A stretch of DNA of 32,000 nt, taken from Desulfobulbus propionicus DSM 2032. GTDB lineage: Bacteria > Desulfobacterota > Desulfobulbia > Desulfobulbales > Desulfobulbaceae. Made by a program: the position numbers and the translations under genes. The DNA lies in NCBI RefSeq assembly GCF_000186885.1, contig NC_014972.1, positions 750,001-782,000 on the forward strand, in the 5' to 3' direction. Under the pieces are notes generated by a model. That model saw nothing but the letters and a program-made list of their open reading frames with translations, was not told the DNA's origin and made no database searches. Shown here piece by piece: positions 9,118 to 19,523 of this stretch; positions within the stretch are counted from its first letter, which is position 1, and each line of letters starts with the position of its first letter.

Positions 9118-10503
9118 ATGTATAGAAAAACCAAGCATATCCACTTCGTCGGCATCGGCGGCATCGGCATGTCGGGCATTGCCGAGTTGTTGTTGAGCCT
9201 TGGCTATCGGGTAAGCGGCTCCGATCTGCGGGTCACTGACATCACCCGGCGGCTGGAACACCTGGGGGGCGTGATCCACCAGGGGCACGATGCGGCCTGG
9301 GTGGCCGGCGCGGACGTGGTGGTGACCTCCACAGCCATTGCCGCCGACAATCCCGAGGTCGTTGCCGCCAAGGAAGCGCATGTGCCGGTGGTGCAGCGGG
9401 CAGAAATGCTGGCGGAGCTCATGCGGCTGAAAAAATACGGCATCGCCGTTGCTGGCAGTCATGGCAAAACTTCCACCACCTCGATGGTGGCGGCCATTTT
9501 GGCCGAAGCCGGATTGGATCCGACGGTGGTGGTCGGCGGCAAGGTGCATGGGTTGGGCAGCAACGCCAGATTGGGCGAGGGCGAGTTTCTGGTGGCCGAG
9601 GCGGACGAGAGCGACGGATCGTTTCTCAAGTTGTCACCGGTGATCGAAGTGGTGACCAACATCGATCTGGAACACCTTGATTATTATCGTGATATTGATC
9701 ATATCAAGGACATGTTCCTTGAATTCATCAACCGTCTCCCCTTCTATGGGGTGGCCGTGGTCTGCATCGACAACGATCACATCGCCCAACTGCTGCCGCG
9801 GATTCAGAAGCGGATCGCCACCTACGGACTAACGGAACAGGCCGATCTGCAGGCTGTCAAGATCATCTCCGGCAACGGTACCTCCCAATACACGGTACGC
9901 AGCCGCAAGGAAGAACTGGGCGTCATACGCCTCAACCGTCCGGGAAAACATCTGATTTACAACAGTTTGGCTGCGGTCAGCGTGGGTCTGGAGCTGGAAA
10001 TCGATTTTTCGGTGATCGCCAGGGCGCTGGAGAATTTTCAGGGCGTGCAACGCCGCCTCCAAATCAAGGGTGAGGCCGCCGGCGTACTGGTGGTTGACGA
10101 CTACGGCCATCATCCCACTGAAATCAGGGCAACCCTGGATGCGGTGCGTGAAGGCTGGCCGGATCGCCGGGTGGTGGTGGCCTTTCAGCCGCATCGGTAC
10201 AGCCGTACCAAGGGATTGTTCGCCGAGTTTACCACCGCCTTCCGCCGGGCTGATGTCCTGGTGCTGACCGACATCTACGCAGCCGGCGAATCGCCAATCG
10301 AGGGCGTCACCTCCGAGCGGCTCCAGGAAGCGATCAAGCAGCGCGGCCAGCGCCAGGCCCATTTCATCCCCCAATTGGTTGAACAGCCCCAGGTCCTGAT
10401 GCCGTTACTCCAACCCGGCGATCTTCTGCTTACCCTAGGGGCGGGCAACATTGTGCGTGCCGGTGAGCAGGTGCTGGACCTGCTCAAGGAGCACTCGGGA
10501 TGA
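9118..10503 (+). CDS. murC: UDP-N-acetylmuramate--L-alanine ligase
   Basis: 461 aa; HFVGIGGIGMSGIAELL, VAGSHGKTSTTSMV, EADESDGSFL, DDYGHHPTEI, FQPHRYSRT. Confidence 0.96.
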   Translation: MYRKTKHIHFVGIGGIGMSGIAELLLSLGYRVSGSDLRVTDITRRLEHLGGVIHQGHDAAWVAGADVVVTSTAIAADNPEVVAAKEAHVPVVQRAEMLAELMRLKKYGIAVAGSHGKTSTTSMVAAILAEAGLDPTVVVGGKVHGLGSNARLGEGEFLVAEADESDGSFLKLSPVIEVVTNIDLEHLDYYRDIDHIKDMFLEFINRLPFYGVAVVCIDNDHIAQLLPRIQKRIATYGLTEQADLQAVKIISGNGTSQYTVRSRKEELGVIRLNRPGKHLIYNSLAAVSVGLELEIDFSVIARALENFQGVQRRLQIKGEAAGVLVVDDYGHHPTEIRATLDAVREGWPDRRVVVAFQPHRYSRTKGLFAEFTTAFRRADVLVLTDIYAAGESPIEGVTSERLQEAIKQRGQRQAHFIPQLVEQPQVLMPLLQPGDLLLTLGAGNIVRAGEQVLDLLKEHSG

Positions 10504-10507
10504 TGCG

Positions 10508-11428
10508 ATGAACAGTCAACAGCGTGACGAACTGGCGGCGTTGTGCCCATTGATCCACTGGGATGCCGATATGGCCGCCTACTCGACTTTCCGGGCCGGT
10601 GGAACCGTGGAAGCGCTGGTGGAACTCAGCGACGCCGATCATCTGGCCGCGGTGTTGCAATGGTTGCATGCGCGGCGAATTCCCTGGCAGGTCATTGGCG
10701 GTGGTTCGAACGTCCTGTTTACCAGCCGACGCCATGAAGGCGTGTATATTCGGCTGCATGGTTCGGTTCGGGACATCGACTGCGACCGGGAGAACAACGG
10801 TGAATGCAGGGTGCGGGTACACGCCGGTTGCAGCCTTGGCGCCCTGGTGGGCTGGTGCATGAAGAACAGCTTGCGCGGTCTGGAATTCATGGCCGGCATT
10901 CCTGGATCGGTCGGCGGAGCCATTCGTATGAACGCCGGCGCCTTTGGCCATGCAATAGGAGAGGTTGTTGACACGGTGCGCTACGCCACCGAATGGGGTG
11001 AAATGGTTGAGGCGCGCCGGGAGGAGGTGCAATTCGCCTACCGAAGTACGTGTCTGCCGGGAGAACCCCAGGCCAAGATGTTGATCACCGGAGGCGTGTT
11101 CCGGCTCCAGACGGGCGATGGTGCGCAGATCGCCCGACAATGCCGGGAAATCATCGCTCAACGCAAACAGAAACAGCCTGCGGGGATCGGTTCGGCCGGT
11201 TCCTTTTTTAAAAATCCGACGGGAGACTTTGCCGGCCGGCTGATCGAGGTGGCAGGCTTGAAGGGCTTGGCGGTGGGCAAGGCCATGGTTTCGCCCAAGC
11301 ATGCCAATTTTATCGTCAATACGGGCGGAGCGGTGCCCGAGGATATCGTGGGCTTGATGGAAAAGGTCCGGCAAGAGGTCCTGCGGCAATCAGGCGTATT
11401 ATTGGAGCCTGAAGTCCATATCTTTTAG
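10508..11428 (+). CDS. murB: UDP-N-acetylenolpyruvoylglucosamine reductase
   Basis: YSTFRAGGTVEAL, VIGGGSNVLF, GLEFMAGIPGSVGGAIRMNAGAFG, RKQKQPAGIGSAGSFFKNP, GKAMVSPKHANFIVN. Confidence 0.95.
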   Translation: MNSQQRDELAALCPLIHWDADMAAYSTFRAGGTVEALVELSDADHLAAVLQWLHARRIPWQVIGGGSNVLFTSRRHEGVYIRLHGSVRDIDCDRENNGECRVRVHAGCSLGALVGWCMKNSLRGLEFMAGIPGSVGGAIRMNAGAFGHAIGEVVDTVRYATEWGEMVEARREEVQFAYRSTCLPGEPQAKMLITGGVFRLQTGDGAQIARQCREIIAQRKQKQPAGIGSAGSFFKNPTGDFAGRLIEVAGLKGLAVGKAMVSPKHANFIVNTGGAVPEDIVGLMEKVRQEVLRQSGVLLEPEVHIF

Positions 11429-11446
11429 GCAGGGAATTGAGCGCTG

Positions 11447-12385
11447 ATGGCGATTTATACACCCCGCCAGGCACCGTCCCGATCCCAACGAGGGGCCAAA
11501 AAGTCCACCTGGACCGATAGGCTGCAGGGCACTCTGCCACGCAAGCAGACCAAGCCGGTTCCATTCCGGCCGCAGGCGCTGGTTGGCGGCAGCCAGCGGG
11601 CGGGGAAGTGGAAGCGGTGGGTCAAAAACATTGTTCTGTTCCTGGTGCTTCTTGGTGTTGCTGTGGGGATGTTGTGGCTGTCGGCTCGACTGCTCATGCG
11701 GTCCAATGTATTTCGGCTGTCCGATATCCGGATCACCGGGGAGCAGGTCGTCACCGAACGGCAAGTTCTTGATTTGTCCGGGCTTCAGCACGGTGGCAGC
11801 CTGCTGCGATTCAACGTCAAGGCCGCCGAGGCTCGTATCGCCACCCATCCGTGGGTTGAGCGGGCAGAAATCAAGACCCAGTGGCCGTCGGCGGTGGAAA
11901 TCAGCGTCATAGAGCACCAACCCTTTGCCCTGGCAAATCTGGAGTCGGGCAAGGAGAAGCGATTGCGCTATGTCAGCCGGTCGGGTTTTCTGTTTGCCGA
12001 TGCCGGCCAGGGGCAGGAGTTGGATTTACCGGTGATCACCGGGGTTGTGGCCCAAAAGGATGTTGCATCCGATGTGTTCGTCAAGGGCGGCTTGGCCGAG
12101 GCGGCGTATAACCTTTTGCAGCTCGCCGCCAAGGGAAACGCCATTCTGCCGATCCAGGCGATCTCGGAAGTACATATTGACCAGAAATTGGGGCTTGTCC
12201 TCTATCTGGTGGATCGACCCTTTCCCGTGTACTTCGGGGCCGATCGCTTGCAGACCAAATATTATCGGCTGGTTAGGGTTCTTGAACAGTTGTATGCAAA
12301 GAAACAGGTTGATGCCGTTAAAGAAATTCGAATGGATTATTTAGATGATAAAGTCTTGGTTACCGGAACCCAAATTGACGGATGA
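11447..12385 (+). CDS. ftsQ: Cell division protein FtsQ (POTRA domain)
   Basis: 312 aa; single TM (ILFLVLLGVAVGMLWLSARLL), POTRA-like FRLSDIRITGEQVVTERQVLDLSG, followed by an FtsQ-type C domain; between murB and ftsA. Confidence 0.88.
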   Translation: MAIYTPRQAPSRSQRGAKKSTWTDRLQGTLPRKQTKPVPFRPQALVGGSQRAGKWKRWVKNIVLFLVLLGVAVGMLWLSARLLMRSNVFRLSDIRITGEQVVTERQVLDLSGLQHGGSLLRFNVKAAEARIATHPWVERAEIKTQWPSAVEISVIEHQPFALANLESGKEKRLRYVSRSGFLFADAGQGQELDLPVITGVVAQKDVASDVFVKGGLAEAAYNLLQLAAKGNAILPIQAISEVHIDQKLGLVLYLVDRPFPVYFGADRLQTKYYRLVRVLEQLYAKKQVDAVKEIRMDYLDDKVLVTGTQIDG

Positions 12386-13613
12386 GGAGTTGGACGAGCA
12401 GGAACCGCGCGAGCCGGGCGAGCTCGTTGCCGGCCTGGACATAGGCACGACCAAGGTCTGCGCCATGATCGGCGAGGTGTTCGACGATCGAGTGGAGATC
12501 ATTGGAGTCGGCACGGCCGCTTCCTCGGGAATGAAAAAAGGGGTGGTGGTCAACATCGAGTCGACGGTCAAGTCGATCCGCCAGGCGGTCGAGGCCGCTT
12601 CGGACATGGCGGGCTGCGATATCGAATCGGTGTATGTGGGCATTGCCGGTAACCATATCAAGGGGTTCAACTCTCCTGGGATCATCGCCATCAACAATCA
12701 GGAGATCAAGGAAAAGGATATCGAGGCCGTTATCCAAGCCGCCCAGACCGTTAAAATTTCCGATAATCAGCAGATTATCCATGTCCTGCCGCAGGAGTAC
12801 ATGGTCGATGACCATACCGGTATCCAGAATCCGCTCGGCATGACCGGGGTCCGGTTGGTGACCAACGTCCATATCGTCACCGCCGACGTCACCGCGTTGC
12901 ACAACGTGGTCACCAGCTGCAACCGGGCCGGATTGAACGTGGCCGAGATCGTGCTCGAGTCGGTGGCTTCTTCGCTGACTGTGCTCGGCAAGGACGAGAT
13001 GGAGCTCGGGGTGGCGTTGATCGACATCGGCGGCGGGACCACTGACCTGGCCATTTTCTGCAACGGCACCATCAAGCATACCTGGGAGCTGGCCCTGGGC
13101 GGCAACAACCTGACCAGCGATCTGTCCGTGGGGCTGCGAACCCCGCTGCAGGAGGCCGAGGAACTGAAATATCTCTATGGCGGCGCGCTTTCCTCCATGA
13201 TCAAGGAAAATCATATCATCGAGGTGCCCACGGTGGGCGACCGCAAGCCGCGGAAGGTTTCCCAACGGATCATGGTGGAAATTCTCGAGGCGAGAATGGA
13301 AGAGATTCTGCAGATGGTCAACAAGAACATCTGCGCCTCCGGTTATCGCAACCGGATCAATGCCGGCATTGTCATCACCGGCGGCACTGCGCTGCTGGCC
13401 AACATCGTCGAGATGGCGGAGCAGATTTTCGATCTGCCGGTGCGCATCGGTTATCCGCAAGGGGTGACCGGACGGATCGAGGATGTCCATTCGCCCCGGT
13501 GCACCACCGCCGTCGGTCTGGTGTTGCATGGCAGCAAGGCAAAAACGTATGTGCCGAAAGAAAGCGGCGGAATGGTCAGTAAGCTGAAAAACTGGGTCAA
13601 GAATATCGTCTGA
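12345..13613 (+). CDS. ftsA: Cell division protein FtsA
   Basis: 422 aa; VAGLDIGTTKVCAMIGE, ALIDIGGGTTDLAIF, GIVITGGTALLANI, C-terminal amphipathic SKLKNWVKNIV. Exact start uncertain because it overlaps the ftsQ end. Confidence 0.96.
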   Translation: MIKSWLPEPKLTDEELDEQEPREPGELVAGLDIGTTKVCAMIGEVFDDRVEIIGVGTAASSGMKKGVVVNIESTVKSIRQAVEAASDMAGCDIESVYVGIAGNHIKGFNSPGIIAINNQEIKEKDIEAVIQAAQTVKISDNQQIIHVLPQEYMVDDHTGIQNPLGMTGVRLVTNVHIVTADVTALHNVVTSCNRAGLNVAEIVLESVASSLTVLGKDEMELGVALIDIGGGTTDLAIFCNGTIKHTWELALGGNNLTSDLSVGLRTPLQEAEELKYLYGGALSSMIKENHIIEVPTVGDRKPRKVSQRIMVEILEARMEEILQMVNKNICASGYRNRINAGIVITGGTALLANIVEMAEQIFDLPVRIGYPQGVTGRIEDVHSPRCTTAVGLVLHGSKAKTYVPKESGGMVSKLKNWVKNIV

Positions 13614-13700
13614 AATGACTGGGATTTTCCTTTGGCGCCGCCGGTCATGGTGGTATAGAGAAAGGAAATTGATCAGAGAATTTTTTCTGGGGAGAACAAC

Positions 13701-14909
13701 ATGCCGTTCAGAATGGCCGAAGAAGAATCTGTGGCAGTGATCAAGGTAATCGGAGTCGGTGGCGGTGGCGGCAATGCTATCAACACCATGGTGGAAAGCC
13801 GCTTGGCAGGTGTGCAATTCATCGCGGCCAACACAGACATGCAGGCCCTGGAAAAGTCCCGCGCCGACATCAGGCTTCAGCTGGGGCCTGGCATCACCAA
13901 GGGCATGGGTGCGGGAGCAGACCCCGAGATGGGACGGGAGGCCGCCCAGGAAAGCTATGAGGATCTCCAGGCCGTGCTCAAAGGGGCGGATATGGTGTTC
14001 ATCACCGCTGGGTTGGGCGGCGGCACCGGCACCGGCGCCGCGCCGGTGATCGCCAAGCTGAGCAAGGAGTCCGGCGCCCTGACGGTTTCCGTTGTCACCA
14101 AACCCTTTTATTTTGAAGCGAAAAAGCGGATGCGCAATGCCGAGGCCGGGTGGGAACGATTGAAGGAGTTTTCCGATACCATCATCACCGTGCCCAACGA
14201 TCGGCTCTTGAGCCTCATGAACAAGAATTCCACCTTGGTGGACATGATGCAGATGGTCGACAACGTGCTCTTGCAGGCGGTCAAGGGCATCACCGACCTG
14301 ATCAATCTGCCGGGGCATATCAACGTCGACTTTGCCGACCTCAAGACAGTTATGAAGGAAGTCGGCCCGGCGATCATGGGTACAGGCACGGCGGTTGGCG
14401 AAAATCGTGCCACCGAGGCGGCCAAGCGGGCCATCGACAACCAGCTGCTCGAAGATGTGGGGATTGATGGCGCCCGCGGCATCCTGATCAATATCTCCGC
14501 GGCCAAGGAAACGTTGACCATGAACGAGTTCATGGAGGCTTCGGCCTTGATCCAGGAAAAGGCGCACGACGAGGCCAACATCATCATCGGTGCCCTGTTT
14601 GACGAATCGTTGGGCGACGAGTTGCGGGTCACGGTCATCGCCACCGGCATTGCCAGCATCGAGGAACCTGAGATCAACCAGCTGGAGGTGGTGCGCAGCC
14701 GCCAGGCCCCGGCTCTGCCGGCAAGCAGCCGTTCACGTCTGCCGCGGCTGGTCGACGAGGACGCCATGTTGACCGATTCCTCGGCGGTGAGCATTGCCAA
14801 ACCCAACCTGCTGCCCAAGGGAATGCCGCGCATGCCCAAACCGATTTTCGACGACCACGAACTCAACGAATTTGACGAACCGGCCTATTTGCGCAAGAAA
14901 GCCAACTGA
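13701..14909 (+). CDS. ftsZ: Cell division protein FtsZ
   Basis: 402 aa; [33 protein letters not shown] tubulin signature, C-terminal [12 protein letters not shown] conserved peptide. Confidence 0.98.
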   Translation: MPFRMAEEESVAVIKVIGVGGGGGNAINTMVESRLAGVQFIAANTDMQALEKSRADIRLQLGPGITKGMGAGADPEMGREAAQESYEDLQAVLKGADMVFITAGLGGGTGTGAAPVIAKLSKESGALTVSVVTKPFYFEAKKRMRNAEAGWERLKEFSDTIITVPNDRLLSLMNKNSTLVDMMQMVDNVLLQAVKGITDLINLPGHINVDFADLKTVMKEVGPAIMGTGTAVGENRATEAAKRAIDNQLLEDVGIDGARGILINISAAKETLTMNEFMEASALIQEKAHDEANIIIGALFDESLGDELRVTVIATGIASIEEPEINQLEVVRSRQAPALPASSRSRLPRLVDEDAMLTDSSAVSIAKPNLLPKGMPRMPKPIFDDHELNEFDEPAYLRKKAN

Positions 14910-14964
14910 CGGCCAGCGAACAGCCCCGCGCATGACGTTGGCGGGAAGCATGAACAGAGGCATC

Positions 14965-14993
14965 CAGGGGAATATCGACAGGATATTCCCCTG
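14965..14993 (+). terminator. Putative rho-independent terminator after ftsZ
   Basis: Perfect 12-bp inverted repeat CAGGGGAATATC / GATATTCCCCTG with a 5-nt loop, followed by cgtcgTTTTgg (short T run). Confidence 0.65.
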
Positions 14994-15080
14994 CGTCGTT
15001 TTGGCGCTTCGAAGCGGCCCTTGGCCGTATTCGTCAAGGTTGCACCGAATCCCCATTTTTTCCTGTCTTGGTTTGTCCCG

Positions 15081-16823
15081 GTGTCCGCACATCTGACCCA
15101 GGAAACCGGTACAGTCCGGAAGAAATGGAAAGACCGGCTGCCGGTCGCCCTGCTCTATCCCAATGTCTACCCGGTGGCCGTGTCCAATCTGGGGTATCAG
15201 TTGGTCTACACCCTGCTCAATCAGCAGGAGGGGGTTGTTTGCGAACGGTTCGTCTATCCCGATCAGGACCAACCGCTCCGCTCGCTGGAATCCTCCCGGT
15301 TGTTGAGCGATTTTCCCCTGGTCATGGGGTCGATCAGCTTCGAGCACGATTACCCCAGGCTGACGGCCATGCTGGCGGCCGGAGGCATCCCCCCGTTCGC
15401 CGCGGACCGTTCTCCACAGGTATGCGCTGGCAATCCTTTGGTGATCCTGGGCGGGGTCGGCGTGTTCATGAATCCCGAACCGCTGGCTGTTTTTGCCGAT
15501 CTGATGGTTATCGGCGAAGCGGAACCGCTGTTGGAACCACTGATCGAATCCCTGAACGAGTTTGCCGCCATCCCCAGGGAAGAACTACTGGTCACCATCG
15601 GGTCCACGCTTCCTGGTTGCTATGTGCCCGGCATGTATCATTTTGTGTACGGGGATAAGGGCGAAGTCCGTCGGATAGAGCCCAAGGCGGGATTACCGGA
15701 ACGGGTGACCAAGGTCATCGCCCCGGCAATGGCGCGCGCCGCCCATTCGACCCTGCTGTCGCCCGAGGCAGAACTGGGCATGTACATGGTCGAGCTGGGA
15801 CGCGGTTGCAGCCGGGGCTGCCGTTTCTGCGCGGCAGGGTTCATTTACCGGCCACCCCGGCTGTGGACGGCCGAGGCCATCCTGGCCGGATTGGCGGATC
15901 GACCGGAGCGAATCAACCGCATCGGGCTGCTCGGCATGGAGATGGCCAGCAGTGAGACCGTGGACCGCATCGCCGCGTATCTGCGCGAACATGGCTGCGC
16001 GCTTTCCTTCTCCTCCCTGCGAGCCGATCGGATCACGGCACAGACCCTGGAACTGCTGGCCGCCTCCCGCCTCAAGAGCGTGGCCATCGCCGCCGACGGC
16101 TGCTCCGAGCGGTTGCGAACCCTGATCAACAAGGGACTCGGGGAAGAGGATCTGCTCGGCGCTGCGGAACGGCTGGTCGCGGCCGGCATTTTCCACCTCA
16201 AACTGTATGTGATGATCGGTCTGCCCACGGAAACCCAGGACGATCTGGACGAGCTCATCCGCCTGGTCGATCGGCTGCTGGCCCGAATCCTGCCGGTGGG
16301 CCGGTCGAGAAAACGGTTGTCCGAACTGACCCTGTCGATCAACTGTTTCGTGCCCAAAGCCTGGACCCCTTTTCAGTACTGCTCCTTTGGCGGCCTGGCC
16401 CCTGCCGAGGCGAAGGAGGAGCGGATCGAGCCGGCCCTGGCGGGCCTCAAGGAGAAAATTCGCTATCTGCGAAAGATGTTGGGCAACATGGCCAATCTCC
16501 ATCTCAAATTCGATCATCCCGACCAGGCCCTGCAGCAGGCGGTGTATTCCCGTGGCGACCGCCGCCTTGGTCCGGCCCTGCTGGATATCGGCTGCGGCAG
16601 GTTGCCGTTCAAACAGGCCCTGCGGCGCCACCGGGTCGATCCCTGGGAGTATGCCGTCCGGCCCCGGCACCAGCACGAGCTGATGTGTTGGGAGGTGGTG
16701 GACCATGGAATCCGTCCGGGATTTTTGTGGGAAGAGTATGCGCGCGCCGTGCGCGGTCTCGCTACCCCTCCATGCCAACCGGCGGTCTGCCGCCGTTGCG
16801 GTGTCTGCCATGAAGCCAAGTAA
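15081..16823 (+). CDS. Radical SAM protein with N-terminal B12-binding-like domain
   Basis: CSRGCRFCAAGF (CxxxCxxC), LPVALLYPNVYPVAVSNLGYQ N-terminal region, NPEPLAVFADLMVIGEAE; ORF open from 15021, GTG 15081 is one plausible start. Confidence 0.85.
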   Translation: MSAHLTQETGTVRKKWKDRLPVALLYPNVYPVAVSNLGYQLVYTLLNQQEGVVCERFVYPDQDQPLRSLESSRLLSDFPLVMGSISFEHDYPRLTAMLAAGGIPPFAADRSPQVCAGNPLVILGGVGVFMNPEPLAVFADLMVIGEAEPLLEPLIESLNEFAAIPREELLVTIGSTLPGCYVPGMYHFVYGDKGEVRRIEPKAGLPERVTKVIAPAMARAAHSTLLSPEAELGMYMVELGRGCSRGCRFCAAGFIYRPPRLWTAEAILAGLADRPERINRIGLLGMEMASSETVDRIAAYLREHGCALSFSSLRADRITAQTLELLAASRLKSVAIAADGCSERLRTLINKGLGEEDLLGAAERLVAAGIFHLKLYVMIGLPTETQDDLDELIRLVDRLLARILPVGRSRKRLSELTLSINCFVPKAWTPFQYCSFGGLAPAEAKEERIEPALAGLKEKIRYLRKMLGNMANLHLKFDHPDQALQQAVYSRGDRRLGPALLDIGCGRLPFKQALRRHRVDPWEYAVRPRHQHELMCWEVVDHGIRPGFLWEEYARAVRGLATPPCQPAVCRRCGVCHEAK

Positions 16824-18387
16824 ACCGTCCGGAGTCCATCGCCGGATAGCCCAATTCAACGGACAGCGGGGCACCGTCGGCCGCTGGATCGAGTGGATCC
16901 GCAGGAATATCCGCCTCAAGCCGGTGCGGCTTGATTTTTCCCTGCTCTGGCGGCGTCTGCGCTTCCGGGACGAAGCCAATGCCTTGCTGCCCTTCGAGCT
17001 GGTCAAGTATTTTTCCTTCACCTCGCTGCTGCTGATCCTGATCGCCTCCTTCATCCTATCGTGGGTGATCGCCAGCAATGCCAAAAGCGTGCTCCTGCAG
17101 CGCAGTGAGGCCTATTCGCGGTTGTTTGCCGACAATCTCAACCGTCAGGTGTTCCTCCAATTCGTCCTGCCCACCGTGGTGCGCTACGGCCGCATCGCCT
17201 TGTCCGAGCAGGATCAATACGAGCGCCTCGACCAGATCGTGGCCAACATCACCCGCGGTATGAACATCGAATCGGTGACCATCTTCGAACCGGTGCAGAA
17301 CAGGGTGGCCTATTCGACCATTCCCGAATTGATGGGCAAGCGGGACATGGGCGGACTGGAATACCAGAAAGCGGCCAAGGGAGAAAGCAATTCGGTGCTG
17401 ATCAGTGGCGGTTCCCTGTTCAGTCTGTTGCCTGGAGCGGCCGAGGTGTTCTGTACCCTGAAGACCTATGTGCCGTTTCGCCAGGAAAACAAGCTGGGCG
17501 AGCGGACCGGCGAGATCATGGGGGTCATCGAGGTGGTGCAGGACCTGTCCGAGGACCTTGAAGCCATCATCAGCCTCCAGGCCAGGGTGATCATGCTTTC
17601 CCTGATCATCATGTCCATTTTATTCGCCATTCTCAGCATGATCGTGGTGCGGGCCAACCGGATCATGGCCGAACGGGCCGAAGAGCGGCTGCGCCTGGAG
17701 GAGCAGCTGAACGAGGCTCAGCGGCTGGCATCCCTCGGCAAGATGGTGGCGGCGGTGTCCCATGAGATCAAGAATCCCCTGGGCATTGTCCGCTCCACCG
17801 CCGAGATCCTGGGCAACCGGATCAGCAAGGTGGCTCCGGGCAACGAACGGCTGGCCAATATCATCGTCGAGGAAACCTCGCGTCTCGACGCCATTGTCCG
17901 CGAATTTCTCGATTTTGCCCGGCCGCGCGAGGTCGACAAAGTCCCCGGTTCCCTCAACGGGGTGGTCGAGCGGCTGCTGCGGTTCATGGAGCCGGAATTT
18001 CAGCAGAAGGCGGTGCGGCTGGAGGTTCGGCTCGATCCGAACCTGCCCGAGATTCCCTTCGACAGTGAACAGATCTATCAGGTGCTGCTCAATATCGTAT
18101 TCAATGCCATTCAGGCCATGCCCCAGGGCGGTGACCTGCTGCTGAACACCATGCTGGAACCCGGAGGCGGCGCGGTGGCGGTCGAGGTGGCCGATAGCGG
18201 TATCGGCATTCCTCCGGAAAAATTGGAACAGATCTTCACCCCCTTCTATACCGATAAAAATCGCGGCACCGGTCTTGGTTTGTGCATCGCCAAGAGCATC
18301 GTCGAGAAGCATCAGGGGGTGATCGGGGTCAAGAGCACGCCGGGCGAGGGCAGCATTTTTCGCGTCACCCTGCCGGTGCTGGTCTGA
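16810..18387 (+). CDS. Membrane sensor histidine kinase (HisKA + HATPase)
   Basis: Two TM segments flanking a periplasmic region, HAMP-like linker, AAVSHEIKNPLGIVRSTAEIL (H-box), NIVFNAIQAM (N-box), VEVADSGIGIPPE, DKNRGTGLGLCIAK. ATG 16810 overlaps the preceding stop. Confidence 0.9.
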   Translation: MKPSKPSGVHRRIAQFNGQRGTVGRWIEWIRRNIRLKPVRLDFSLLWRRLRFRDEANALLPFELVKYFSFTSLLLILIASFILSWVIASNAKSVLLQRSEAYSRLFADNLNRQVFLQFVLPTVVRYGRIALSEQDQYERLDQIVANITRGMNIESVTIFEPVQNRVAYSTIPELMGKRDMGGLEYQKAAKGESNSVLISGGSLFSLLPGAAEVFCTLKTYVPFRQENKLGERTGEIMGVIEVVQDLSEDLEAIISLQARVIMLSLIIMSILFAILSMIVVRANRIMAERAEERLRLEEQLNEAQRLASLGKMVAAVSHEIKNPLGIVRSTAEILGNRISKVAPGNERLANIIVEETSRLDAIVREFLDFARPREVDKVPGSLNGVVERLLRFMEPEFQQKAVRLEVRLDPNLPEIPFDSEQIYQVLLNIVFNAIQAMPQGGDLLLNTMLEPGGGAVAVEVADSGIGIPPEKLEQIFTPFYTDKNRGTGLGLCIAKSIVEKHQGVIGVKSTPGEGSIFRVTLPVLV

Positions 18388-18413
18388 TGGACCGGGCGGC
18401 AAGGGGGAACACG

Positions 18414-19523
18414 ATGGGCGGGACAAGCGGCGCGGCGCGGATCGGCTGTTGCATCAGCGGTCATGGTTTCGGTCATGCAACCCGGGCGATCGCGGTGATG
18501 CAGGCCCTGGTCGCACGGATCGAGGCCAGGTTTGAGATCCTCACCTCGGTCCCGGCCTGGTTGTTCGGCCAATCCCTGGCCTCTCCGCACACTCTCCACC
18601 CGATGATCACCGATGTCGGCCTGGTCCAGCAGCATGCGCTGGCCGAAGATCTGCCCGCCACCCTGGAGGCCCTGGACCGCTTCTACCCGCTGGACGAGCA
18701 ACGGATCGATCAGGCCGCCGCCGCGCTGCAGGGCTGCCAGCTGGTCCTGTGCGACATCGCGCCCCTGGGGATCGCGGCCGCCAAACGGGCAGGCATCCCC
18801 TCGATCCTGGTGGAAAATTTTACCTGGGACTGGATCTATGCGGCGTACGCCGAACAGTGGCCTGACTTTGCCCCCCATGTCGAGGGATTGTCGGCCCTGT
18901 TCGCCCAAGCTGATCATCATCTCCAGGCAAGTCCGGTCTGTTGTCCAATGCGGTGCGACCGACAGGTTGATCCGGTGGCCCGCCGACCACGCGATCCAGT
19001 CGCGATCCGCCGGCGTCTCGAGTGCGGGTCGGAACAGCGTCTGATCTTGATCACCATGGGAGGAGTGGGCGGCGGGAAGCAGGAGATCGCCCTGCACTCC
19101 CTGCGTGAACGCCGTGATTTGGTGGCCGTGTTCAGTGGCCAGAGCCGGGAGGAAAAATTCAGCGGAAATCTTCGTTTTCTTGCCCAGGACGGTCCCTGGT
19201 ACCACCCTGATCTGGTGGCCGCCGCCGATCTGGTGGTCGGCAAGGTCGGCTACTCGACCGTGGCCGAGGCCTACCAGGCTGGCACCGCCTTTGCCTATGT
19301 GGCGCGGCGCGGTTTTCGTGAGTCGGCCACGCTTGAGGCCTTTCTTGACAGTCATCTGCTTTCGTGGAAGATAGAAGAATGCGACCTGCAAAGCGGCCTG
19401 TGGCTCGATACCCTGCCGTCCTGGTCAAACAGCCGTCGGGCCGTTGAGGACAGGGCAAACGGCGCGGACCAGGTGGCGGACTATCTGATCGAACTCCTTG
19501 GACAAACACATGCCAGACCTTGA
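18414..19523 (+). CDS. Glycosyltransferase-like protein (GT28 / MJ1255-like)
   Basis: CCISGHGFGHATRAIAVMQAL N-terminal; C-terminal DLVVGKVGYSTVAEAYQAGTAFAYVARRGFRE. ATG 18414 has an AAGGGGG RBS; an alternative ATG at 18387 overlaps the kinase stop. Confidence 0.72.
   Translation: MGGTSGAARIGCCISGHGFGHATRAIAVMQALVARIEARFEILTSVPAWLFGQSLASPHTLHPMITDVGLVQQHALAEDLPATLEALDRFYPLDEQRIDQAAAALQGCQLVLCDIAPLGIAAAKRAGIPSILVENFTWDWIYAAYAEQWPDFAPHVEGLSALFAQADHHLQASPVCCPMRCDRQVDPVARRPRDPVAIRRRLECGSEQRLILITMGGVGGGKQEIALHSLRERRDLVAVFSGQSREEKFSGNLRFLAQDGPWYHPDLVAAADLVVGKVGYSTVAEAYQAGTAFAYVARRGFRESATLEAFLDSHLLSWKIEECDLQSGLWLDTLPSWSNSRRAVEDRANGADQVADYLIELLGQTHARP

Noticed and set aside
12360-14567. 735-aa minus-strand ORF spanning ftsA and ftsZ
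   Set aside because: Antisense to two highly conserved genes; composition typical of reverse-frame artefact.
15693-17084. 463-aa minus-strand ORF opposite the radical SAM gene
   Set aside because: Shadow ORF; the plus strand has a clear CxxxCxxC cluster motif and operon context.
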